A stretch of DNA of 64,000 nucleotides from the human T2T-CHM13v2.0 reference genome, Homo sapiens: assembly GCF_009914755.1 (NCBI RefSeq), contig NC_060935.1. The stretch is one strand, 5' to 3'. Position 1 is the stretch's first letter, and each line of letters begins with the position of its first letter. Shown here one piece after another: positions 12,645-23,976 of this stretch. Under the pieces are notes generated by a model that was not told the origin of the DNA, made no database searches, and was given only the letters and a program-made list of their open reading frames with translations. A program made the translations under genes and the position numbers.

Positions 12645-14829
12645 CCTAGTTCAAATGTGAACTCTTGTGGGGAACTCCCATACTTCCTGTGTTTTCCTCT
12701 GCAGCTGAGGATTCAGACAAACCTCAAAGGTATTTGCAGACATGTCTGCAGGTGTCTGGCTTCCCAACACCTTAGAGTAAAGCTCTCATGGTGACCTATA
12801 AGACCCCACGTCATCCACCTTTCATTATCTCTCTGGGCTCCAGCAACATTGACTGCCTTACTGTTCTTCAAACGCCGGCCACCATTGCCCCCCACCCCAC
12901 TCAGGTTCCTTGCATATGCAGTTCCCTCTGCCTGGGATGCTGCTGTTCCCCACAGCAGAGGTGGAAGAAGCTGTTCTCACAGAGGGGACATGGAGGTCAC
13001 ATTTTAGGTCTCCAGGTGAGCGTGTTGCAGCAGGGGCAGGGTGTGGGGTTCTTCTGCTCGCTTCTGCTTGGTGCAGGGTGAGCTTCAGGACACCAGTGGG
13101 GGCACCCTGTGGAGCAGAAGCAGAGAGAGCCACAGACCTTGAGACTTGTGGGGAAAGGGAAGGAGCCACCTGGGGCTCAAGAACTCACCTCGTGGCAGGC
13201 ACACCCAAGACCTCCCCTGGGAGCCCAGAAGCATTCAGAGGGCACTTTGGAGTGGTTGTGAGCAGAAGGAAGTTACGACATAGTGAGGTCTGAGGTAGTA
13301 CCGTCACTGGGACCCTATTCCTGCCCACAGGCTAGAGGAGGCAAAGAGTTTCCTGTTGTATTGACAGCATCGTCTTGGGTTACAAATAGATTTCACACGG
13401 AGACATATGCCTACCTGTTCAAAGTGGCTGAAGGGCTTCAGGCCAACATCATGGAAAACACTCTCCAACCAACCATCTCAAGCCTTTCTGGATTAGGACT
13501 GATATATTCAAGTTTATTTTCCTCAAACTGCTGAGTAGCAAATGAGAGAATTTTTTGGTAGGTCTTTGCATAGGCCCAAGCAGGTGGGGCTTGCAACCCT
13601 GTATCACAGGGTGGCGACACATACACACATGCACACACACATGCATACACATGCACCTGCACCATGGCAGGTAGGAGCCACAGGAGTGAGGCTGGTACTT
13701 CAGCCGATGGTGCCTTTCCTGTGGGGAACCATCTGTCCTTTTTCTTCTGCCAGCTGCAGCCAACTCTCTGGTTCTTCTTTTTCGTCCCACAGCTCCAAAT
13801 TCTCAAGAGATGGGGTATGGATAGTGGTCATAATCTTATCCCTCCCCCCAGCATGGAAACTTAGGGTTCAAGACAAAATGTCTACTTTTTTGTTTTTACT
13901 TGAGAGCATCTGGGAGCTAGGCCAGCATACAGGCTTAGCGGGCTATAGCTAGAGCAGGGAGCTTCTCACCAGGTTAGTAGGAAGTGTTAGGATGAGATGA
14001 GGCTGAGACCCAAGGCCCAAGAGGAGGGGCTTAGGTGACTAATATGAGAAGGCCAGGAACAACGTTAAAACTGGCAGCAGACATGGAAATCAGAACCAGG
14101 GAGACAAGAGCAGGCATAGTGTCCACAGAGAAATTGAGGAGGCTCTAGGACAATCTCCTGGAATAGATACGGTATTTGTTGCTGACTTTCACAGACCTGC
14201 AAAAGTGTGATAAATAGGTGGGCAGCCTGGGTTTGAGGCATTGGGGTGGGATGAACAGTTAGCCTAGATGGTTGACTTCTACATGGGAATCAACTCCTTC
14301 TCCTTTCTTAGACTTGCCTTTACATAATTGTGTTAGGACAATCTTCATTCTTCTTGTTTTCTCTAAGGTAGTGAGGGATAATAATGACCAGAAATTTTAT
14401 TTTCTGACGAGAATGGAGATCTGAATTTATCAATCGTTATTCATTTTTCACTTTTTTTTTTTTTTCTGAGGCAACAACTTCACTCTTATTCTACATCCCT
14501 TTTGAGGAGATTCCTTCGAGAACTTTCCTTTCACTCACTCCAGGGGATGTTGCAGTCCTAAACAGAGACTTAGAAAAGTGGAGTTCCAGCCCCTTCTCCA
14601 TTAATTACTGGCTGTGTGACATTGAGTATGTCACTTACCCTCTCTGGGCAGTTTGGCTATGTTATCTTCGAGGGCTTCCCAGCTCTGCTACTCTGGGATT
14701 CCCTAAGTCTGTCTTCTTTATGGATTAATCTCTAAGCCACAATGACACCTCCCTCCAGAAACGTCATTCCAAATGTTCACTGGTGAGCAGGTGTCTGCCC
14801 ACAGACCCTGCTCCCCAGATGCTACCGGC

Positions 14830-15789
14830 AATTTGGGAACTATATTTTTAAAATCACCACAGATGGGAAGACTAAATTGAAATGCAACTTGGTTGAAAAC
14901 GCTGCTTTTAGCATTTTAGCCCCATCCTTCATCCTTCATTGCATTCAACTTTTCAGATAGCTGCCCCCAATAGCCCATGATCTTTTTGATTGCTCAACAA
15001 AGTCTCCTGGAAAAGAGCTTCTGATCACTGCTAGCTCTGTGGCCTCTCCTTACCATCCCATAATTCTTGTTCTAATCCATTTCAGGGCTATTGAAGTCCC
15101 ATATGATCAATGTTATGGCCTCTTTAACTGACTCTGCTATTTGCATAAACATGGGCAGATTTGCTTTTTCATCATGCCTTAGAGGTCTGTAACAGTGTCA
15201 ATGATCTTTCCTACTGTCTTAATTCATTTTGTGCTGCTGTAACAGAATGCCAGAGACTAGGTAATTTATAAAGAATAGAGATTTATTTCTTACAATTCTG
15301 GAGGCTAGAAAGTCCAAGGTTGAGAGGCCTGCATCTGGTGAGGGCCTTCTTGCTGTGTCATCACATGGTGGAAGGTAGAAGGGCAAGAGAGTGCATATGT
15401 GCGTGAGAGAAAAAGAGAGAGAAGTGGGGGTGGACTCACTTTTTAATCAGGAACCTACTCCTGCAATAACTAACTCTTGCAATAATGACATTAATTCATT
15501 CATGAGGGCAGAACTCTCCTGACCCAGTCACTTCTTAAAGGTTCCATTGCTCAACATTGTTGCACTGGAGATTAAGTTTCCAACACATGAACTCTGGGGG
15601 ACACATTCAGACCACAGTACCTACCATATCAGGCAGTAACTTTAATTTAAGTTCTAGGCTGAGCATGTTCATTTGCATACATCATCTTTTTATCCACACA
15701 GTAATGCTCTTCCTGCATCTATATTGCTACTTTCCTTTCCCACATAAAATTTGGGAACTATATTTTAAAAATCACCACAGATGGGAAGA
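14830..15789 (+). repeat. Dispersed 42-bp direct repeat pair (14830-14871 and 15748-15789)
   Basis: aatttgggaactatatttt(t/a)aaaatcaccacagatgggaaga, 41/42 identical. Confidence 0.95.
15215..15619 (-). mobile_element. MaLR LTR, MST/MLT1A group
   Basis: tgtcttaattcattttgtgctgctgtaacagaatgccagagactaggtaatttataaag...ggggacacattcagaccacagta; perfect 5-bp TSD cctac (15210-15214 / 15620-15624). Confidence 0.88.
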
Positions 15790-18288
15790 TTGTTTCCTGA
15801 AAACAGTCTTTTTTTTTCAGATAATATCTCCAGAATTGGGATGATTTTTCACCTTAAGCCTGCCCCCGACTTGTTGAATGACGTGCCGTCTGGGTGTAGT
15901 GCTTATCCTGGGGAGCTAGTATTGTCCTGGGAGTAGCCTGTCAGTGGGCAGAGCCTCAGGCGGGCTGGATGGTGAGCTGTAAGACAGGTCAGGAGGCAGG
16001 TGAGGGCTGGGGTGCAGGCATGGGATGGGATGCAGGTGTGAACAGCTTAAGAGCCAGGGCAGATGGGGTCAAGGCAGAAAGGGCTAGCTGGGAACTGGGA
16101 ACGAGGAGGTGAATGGAGAAAGTCAGAATCAAGGGTGTTGGTAGCCAGGTTGAATCCAGAAGGTGAAGGCCTGGAACCAAGGCCAGCTACACCCAGTGCT
16201 GTATTGGGAACCCAGGCAACATGATAGCCTGGGACCAAGGAGAGAATTCTGGGGGTCTTGTATGCAACTGTGGAGACAAATTGTCAGAGTTTAAATCCTG
16301 GCTCTGCTCCTTATAGCTGAATGTCTGGGAGAAAATTATCTAAATTCTCTGTGCCTTGGTCTCCTCATCCGTAAATTGGATGACTATAATAGTGCCTTTC
16401 TTGTAGGATTGTTTAAGTGAGTTAAGACATGTAAGGTTCTTAGAAGTGGTACTTAGCCCATACTGGCATCAGATTCAGCTATTTTCTTTTAAAAACTGAC
16501 CATTAGATCACTTTGCACATGGAGGATTCTGCCTCAAGAGGATGTTGCAGGCTCTGAGCAGCTTCTGATGCTGCTGTACGGGAGTGTATACCAACTCAGG
16601 GAAGGCCTGGCCTTGGTTAGCATGGTGCTGTGGTCCCAGTTCTTGCTGCTGCCATATGTTTGTTAGTGGGATAATTGAGCAACTGTCCATTTTTATTTTT
16701 AAGTTCTGATGGAAACGTGGAAATAAAAACACAGTATATTTCTGCAATAACCAGAGTGTGGGCTTTTGTGTTATCAGTCCTGAGTTCAAATCCCCTCTCT
16801 TCTATTCATTCATCATATGACATTTAGTAAGTTTTCACCTTTTTGAGTCTTGGTTTTCTTATCTACACAATGGAGATACCAACATGTATCTCACAGAATG
16901 AATTTGAGGTCCAAGATAAAGTCTGTAAAGCATCTGGCTTAATACTTCCTTTCTTCTGAAACAACTCCCATGTTGGCTGGGGCTATAGTCTTACCTGATG
17001 GTGCCACTGGAGAAGGATCCACTTCCAAGTTCACTCACATCGCTGTTGGCAGGATTCAGTTCCTCATGGGCCGGTAGGCTGAGAGTTCTTGGCTGGCTGG
17101 GGTCATTCTCCATTCTTTGCCATGTGGGTCCCTTCATAGGGCAGCTTACAACATGGCAGCTTGGCTTCCCTCAGGGTGAGCAAGATGGAAACCAGAGTCA
17201 TTTTGTAACCTAATATTGGAAGTGATATCCCATCATTATTCATCAGCATCCCTCACTCAAGGTAGAGGGGATTTTACAAGAACGTGAACACCAGGACAGG
17301 GCATCACTGGGGCCATTTTGGAGGCTGCCATCACATTCTGAAACCTCTTTTCCCACACACATGTCCCAATACTTCTCTCTCCAAAGGCACCATTAGCCAT
17401 AACCTCTGAGGCATTTGTCACTTCATCCCATCCCCTCCCTCAACCAGAGCCAAACTCCAAAGGCACTGAGTCTTTCAATCTTTGAGCAAGAAAATTATCT
17501 TAATAAGGGCTCTCAATATTCTATTTCTTATGTGAAGATTCTCTTTGTTCTTCCTAGAGCCCTCTAAAGTTTTGATTTCTTTAAACAGAGAAAGGGAAGC
17601 TTTTTTCTCTACCCATTCCCAAGAAAATGTAGAAGCCAAATTCTGTTTTAAATGTGTGACTTACTACTTGATATTTGACCTCTTCCTTCATCTTGTATTC
17701 AAGAAACTTGTAATTTCAGTAATGTTAAAGAGTCATGTCCTCTGACCTGACCCCAACGGGAGGGTGGCCCTACCATCCACTGCAAAGCTGAAACACATCT
17801 GACTAGGGTTTGCAGATTTCTTCTGCCAGGACTCACACTGGGCTCCAGCAGCAGTCAGGCTGAGAAGAAAAGAGTAAGAGATGCTGAGATGGAACAGCTG
17901 ATAGCAAAGTGGGGACCAGTCTTAAGGAGAAGCAGAGAGTGGTGGGATGCAGTTAGACATAGGATGTCTGTAAACAATTAGACTTGGGACTCAGCGAGGA
18001 ATCCTAGAGCTAACGATGTGTGTCATAATCCTAAATAAAAGGCAGTGGTCAGAGTTCAAAAGAAGTCAGAGGCAGTGGTAAAATAGCAGCTGGAATAATC
18101 CTGGAGACTTAATAAAGTACTGAGAGATAGGTGCTAGGATTAATGGGCAGCATGGGGCTCAGAGAGGTATAGCAATTTGCTTAAAGTCACACAGCCCAAA
18201 AGTGGCAGAGGTGAACATTGAAGGCAGGTCTGTCTGCCTCCAAATCTCACTGTCTCTGCAGTCTACCATACTGCTGCCTAGATGACTT

Positions 18289-18580
18289 CTTTGTCGTCTT
18301 CTTTTTTTAGACAGAGTCTCACTCTGTCACCCAGGCTGGAGTGCAGTAACATGATCATGAACCACTGTAGCCTCGACCTCCGAGGCTCAGGGGATCCTCC
18401 CACCTCAGCCTCCTGAGTAGCTGGGACCGCAGGTGGATACTACCACCCCCAAGTGATTTTTGTAGAGACAAGGTCTTGCCGTGTTGCCTAGGCTGGTCTC
18501 GATCTCCTAGACTGAAAAGATCCTCCTGCCTCTGCCTCACAAAGTGCTGGGATTACAGGCGGGAGCCACTGTGCCCGGCC
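18289..18580 (-). mobile_element. AluJ
   Basis: cactgtagcctcgacctccgaggctcaggggatcctcccacctcagcctcc (AluJ-type right arm); ends gtgcccggcc. Confidence 0.93.
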
Positions 18581-19099
18581 TGCCTAGGCTTCTGACTATT
18601 GGTTGACCTCCCCAGCCTCCACTACAGATCCTGACTCCTTTCTGACCTCCTTGATGGGTTCCAGGCTAGCTGATGCCCAGGACAAGGAAGTGGCAAGGAC
18701 TGATGGACAATGGGTGGAAGAGCAGCAGAAGACGAGCTTCATAGAAAACTATTTGCACGACCTCAGAGGTGTCCTCTGCCCAGGCTGGGGCCTCCCTCAG
18801 TCCTCAGAGATGCTGGGAGAGCCCAGAACCTTAGCGTGGTGGAGCCTGGCTGAGCCTGGTTGGGTCCTAATCCGCTTCCTACTGGTTGACGCCACGGCCG
18901 CAGATGCTGACTACGATGTCTGCAGGCAGGACCCAGCTAGGTGGGTCCGCCTTGCTGGCTGTGCGCTGCCTTCTCACTAGGGCCTGGAGTCTCCCTCGGC
19001 TTCCTCCCTGGGCCTCTCGCACCTGAATTCTCCCCTCCGGATGGTTGGCTGTAGTTGCAGCACTGTGCCTGCAGGGGGCGTGAGGTGTGCTGCCCGGGT

Positions 19100-19546
19100 T
19101 CCCCTGGGGTCCCTACCCGTCCAAGAAGAAACACAGTCCTCAGGCTGCTGACAGCTCTGAGCTGAGTCTGTCTCCAGGGATTGCCCTCAGATGAGCTCTC
19201 AGCTGAGTCTGTCTCCAGGGATTGCTCTCAGATGCCGAGAGCCACCTCGCCCGTCACATCCCCTTCCCAGGGGCTGTGCATCCAATGTCGAGTCAGTGCG
19301 GGGGATTAGAGGGCCGGGGTCCTCGCCCTACCTCAGTGCATCTCTGCAGGGCCATACCAGCTCCCAAGCTTCCCTGCAGGATTGCGGAGGTCTTCGCTGC
19401 TTCTGCATCACTGTTTAGCATCTCCTTCTGTCCCATCCTATGCCTCTCACTACTCCCACGGGCGTGGAGTCTGAGAGCACTTCCTGATAAACACCGCACA
19501 CACCGTTTCCGTTTCAGAGGTGCTTCCGGAAGAGGGACCTGCAACA
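19100..19546 (+). mobile_element. ERVL LTR, LTR16-like (5' boundary uncertain)
   Basis: 3' end gagagcacttcctgataaacaccgcacacac...tttcagaggtgcttccggaagagggacctgcaaca resembles LTR16 termini; shares gctgctgacagct with the similar element at 36165-36510. Confidence 0.5.
19153..19234 (+). repeat. Tandem duplication, 2 x 41 bp
   Basis: agctct(g/c)agctgagtctgtctccagggattgc(c/t)ctcagatg twice, 2 mismatches. Confidence 0.95.
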
Positions 19547-20344
19547 ACTCCTATCTGCTGTCTTGGGTTAACAACGTGGGATCCTTCCTGCCACAAGTCC
19601 TGTCCTGAGCCCTAGCTTAGCCAGGCCTCGTGTGCACCACATTCCCTAACCCCCTCCCCTGGGCTGGGTCCACGGCTCTGCCCCTGAGAGGGGGAATCAG
19701 GCAAGTCCAACCCCTCCAGGGTCCAGCCGTGAAAGATCCAAGGCAAGGCACTTGGCCACCGTCACATAGCAAGGCCGTGGCCCGGAGTTCTCCTCTTCTG
19801 CATCCCGACATTTCTACTATGCTCTATGGCTTTTCTCTTTAACAAATATAATCCAGTCCGACAACCTTTCTTGATCTGGTACCCCTGCCCCTAGTATTCT
19901 TATTTTAGAGTTCTCAGCTTTCCCATCACCAGGGATATCTTTTGTGTTATTTCTCCATGCTCTGGAAAATCCTATCTGCCATATACCCTTCATTTGCAGA
20001 TAATAATAAATTTGTTTTCATACTTTTATCATCAAAACCATATGTAACTGCCAATCAGAGCTTCGGATCCATAAGAGATAATCACAGTTTGTATAAATAT
20101 TGAATTGATATAAATTGATGCTTGTTGCTTCATTTAGTTTGGCAGTGGTAGTGGGGTGGTTATTGAGAAAAACATGCGCAGTTTCCACGAGGAACTTCAT
20201 TTGAAAATAGCACATAGACATCTGTGACTGTTTCAACTGCAGAGATAAAACAGGGCCTTGACTCCCCTACTCTACAGCATGAAGCTCCCGGAGCCCCCTG
20301 CTGGAAGGTGCATAAAGGCAACTTTCCTCTACCAGACACTGAAA

Positions 20345-20468
20345 CCACCATCCCTGGGCTCTTGGTGCCATGGAAGCCTTGCGTGCTGGACTGGATGCCT
20401 TCTCGTCCACCATCCCTGGGCTCTCGGTGCCACGGAAATCTTGGATGAGGGTCTGGATGCCTTCTCGT
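20345..20468 (+). repeat. Tandem duplication, 2 x 62 bp
   Basis: ccaccatccctgggctct...ctggatgccttctcgt at 20345-20406 and 20407-20468, 9 mismatches. Confidence 0.93.
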
Positions 20469-22539
20469 TTAAGGGGAAACTGGGCAGGGCTCTCTGTCCC
20501 TGCCCCCACCATTAGCGCCCCTCCATTCTTTCGATTTTTGAAGTTAATACACTGGGGCAGAGAGAAAGTGGGCACCACTTAAACTGTGATTAGCCATTTA
20601 TCCCTTAGTTGCCAGCTAAGCCCTTTGTAGAGTTTCCTGACAGCTCCTTAAAGCCAGATGATTTGGGGTCCCAGCAAAGCTTTTCAGTGGTAGTTAGAGC
20701 TCCAAGGTGGATTGAGAATGGCTCCTGGTTTCTCCAGGTCCTGTGTTTGTAGGCATGACATGTCCAGGTGTAGGGGTGGGTGTCTATGGTAGCTCTGCTC
20801 AGCACACCATCGCCGGCCCAGAAGCACTGACATCACACATCACAGAGCTGCCCTCAGCTGGCGAGCAGGGCCTGGGTGTGAGGTGGAGATCCTGGGCTCT
20901 CCCAAACATGCACCATAGAGCACCAGCTTCAGGTCTCATGGCAGCCTAATCTTTACCCAGCTTGCCTCCAAGATCCTGTTGGCAGGAGTGTGCACCAAAC
21001 GAGGGGCAGAAAAATGATCTACATAGAGATGGAGGAGACAGAGCTGCCCAGGGAGCCCTGCCTTGTCTCAGCTGCAGCCTGGTGTGCTGAGGTCTCTTCC
21101 TACCCAACCTTCTGTAGACTTCCTTCTGTTCTCCCCTAAGTCACTCACACTCTGGAATCTTCCCAATGGACCTTGAGCATCATGAGGAGGCCAGACCTTG
21201 CAGGAGGGGGACCATGTGCCACAGAGCTGACCTGTCATTCCTTAGAGAGATGTGAGATGAAATTGTCCATGCCTGCCCCAGGGATCCTGTATGGGGGCGG
21301 GCGGGGGAGGGGGAGGCTGCACATGCCTATGCCAGAAACCAGATTATCAATTTCTTTTTCTGACAAAATGTTAGTCCATGGAAGATAAATTCTGCCTTCT
21401 GGCATATTATGTATATAATAATATATAATATGTACATACATATTTTTTATATGTGTGCATTTCAATTACTTAATTTTTAATGGGAATCATGAGATATGTA
21501 TGATCTTTTCAAATAAGGCTTAAATTAAAATACTTTAAAGGTTTTAATTTAATGATAGGGACTAGGAAACTTGAACAAGGATTTAGGTTAAGAAAGTTGA
21601 TGGAGCTGTTTTGAGACAAGTCATTGAGTGTACCAAAAAAGATAAATCGAGTTAAAAATATACTTGCCTTTAAAGAAATACCACAGAAAAGCACCAGTTT
21701 ATTTCTAGATAATCTGGTCTGGGATGCCCAATTATTTAAACAAAAGGTAACATATCATAAGAGAAAAACACAAATAAATAAAATATAATAATTATAAATA
21801 AAACAAAACCCTCTAGGAAAATGGCTGATTCGAACAATTGTCAAAGCATCTTCAGACTGAGCTTATCGCGTGCATTTTTTTCAGCAATTGAAAATGAGGT
21901 CAGGCTCCAGTGAGCCCAGAGACCTGGTTTTAGGGATGCACCTCCACCTATCAAACCCTGAGTGCTATACCTTCATGCCTCTAATTGTTTGGGTTTCTTC
22001 CAGTCCCAAAGGCAGTCATTCAAATATCTCTTTGACTTTTTAAGCCTTCCTGATTTCCAGAAGCTCAAGCACTGTATCTCTTTTCATGCCCAGAACCTGA
22101 AACTGCCTTTAACAGATTCTCTTTATTTTCTTTAAACTCCTAAAAATATTATTCCTGGTCAAGCAGCAATACTGTGCCCTCCTTCAAGCCAATGTGCAGG
22201 GGCAAGGGCACCCCAGGAGATGCTGCAGGAGTGGTTGCTTTTGACCTATGGAAGATGACTACCTGTAGCTGTGGGATTAGGATCCAGTAGGGTCATGATC
22301 ACAGGGCCCAAAGAAAGGGACCCCAGGCCTTGAGCTCATAGCTTCTCACAATTTTAACTCATTACCACTGCAGCATCAAGGTTAGTATAAGGAGGTCAGT
22401 AAGGGGCCATTCTTCTCTTAAAACCTCAAGATTGTTTGCTAAACTTCTGCATGTTAAACCCTACTGGTTGTGGGTGGTATCCTCAGGTGACTCCCACAGA
22501 TAGCTTAAACCCATTCTTCTTTGTAAAGTTTTGTGCTTT

Positions 22540-22570
22540 GTGTGTGTATGAGTGTGTGTATGTGTGTGTG
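22540..22570. repeat. Imperfect (TG)n microsatellite
   Basis: gtgtgtgtatgagtgtgtgtatgtgtgtgtg. Confidence 0.85.
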
Positions 22571-22904
22571 GGCTATGGAGGTTGCTAACTGGCGGCCACC
22601 TTGCTGCCCTGGACATGGCTGATTGGATCAGGCCCTTTGTGTTGGACGAGAGGGAAGCCAGTCCCCACTAAACTGTATTGATGTGAAACCTATTAGCCTG
22701 ACATTCAGTAAGAATGATCTGTATTGCATAACAATGAACAAAGTCAATCGAATCCTCACTTTTGGAAAGAGCAAATGCAAGGTATACACAATGGAGCAGG
22801 GTTTGCTTGAATTCAAGTTGCATCCTGAATGAATATGAACTATAGTTCTGGTTCCCTGTGAGAAGCCCTGGATAGTTAGGATGATGGCATCCCATGGTTC
22901 CAGC

Positions 22905-23976
22905 TGTAATAGCTTCCTATTGCTGCTGAAACACATGGCCACAGACTTGGTGGCTGAAAACAACACTAACATATTCTCTTACTGTTTTAGAGGTCAGAAG
23001 TCTAAAATCAAGGTGTCTGTGGGGCTGCTCTCATTCTGGAGGCTTTGGAGGACAATCTGGTTCCCTGCCTTTTTCAGCTTCTAGAGGACACCTGTGTTCC
23101 TTAGCCTGTGACCCTTTCCTCACGTCACTCCAACCTCTTGCCTCCATCACCACCTTCTTGTTTCTGTGGTCACATCTATTACTGTCTTTGACCCTGCCTC
23201 CTTCTTGAAAGGATCCTTGTGATTACATTGAGTCCATCAGGATAACAGGATACTCTCCCCATTTCAAGATCCTAATCACATCAGCAAAGTCCCTTTTGCC
23301 ATATAAGGTAACATATTCACAGTGATAGCGATAGGAGGCAGCCAAATGCCTAGGCTGATAGGGGCAGGTCCCTGATGAAACCCCACTTTCAAGCCAAAAA
23401 CAGCCTGAAGGCTGAAAGACTGGGCTGCTGGTCTCAGATGAAACCTGTGACCCACAGTAAGAACTTCTGTTCCTGTTTGCCTGCCCTTTCCTGACAGATT
23501 CTTTCTGAATAATGCCTTTTAACAAATTGAATTTGCCTTTTCCAAGACTACCTATGGCCTGCCCCTTCCCCATTCTAAGCCCATAAGAAGCCCCCAACTC
23601 AGCCATATTAAGAAGACTTTCCTGCCTTTGGGTAGGGAGACCACCCCTGTGTCCCCTTTCCACTGAAAGCTGTTTCATCACTCAATAAATATCCCCATCT
23701 TGCTCACTCCTCAATTGTCAGCACATCCTCATTCTTCTTGGGTACAGGACAACAACTCAGGAACTGGTGTGCAAGCCAGACTACCTGGGCAGGCTGAGTG
23801 GGTGAGCCATCTCCTGCAGCAGGCAGTGTGGCTGAGTGAGGCCTAGGTGGGGCGTTGCCAACTGGAGGTCCTGGCTTGCAAAGTGACCAAGAGGAAAATC
23901 CTGCGTCAACAGCTTCTGAATTAGGATATGGAAGTCTTTGGCAGGGGGTGGGGGGTCATTACTCAGGCTGACCATA
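22905..23976 (-). mobile_element. MaLR LTR, MLT1C-like, split by an ERV1 LTR
   Basis: gaggtcagaagtctaaaatcaaggtgtc...cagcaaagtcccttttgccatataaggtaacatattcacag resumes at 23909 as acagcttctgaattaggatatgga. Confidence 0.85.
23323..23908 (+). mobile_element. ERV1 solo LTR (LTR27/LTR28/MER52-like group)
   Basis: TG...CA termini; tgatagcgataggaggcagccaaatgcctagg start; AATAAA near 23684; perfect 4-bp TSD acag (23319-23322 / 23909-23912). Confidence 0.85.

Noticed and set aside
19153-20468. Short direct repeats as a CRISPR-like array
   Set aside because: There are only two adjacent units each, with no unique spacers, no cas genes and a eukaryotic context.
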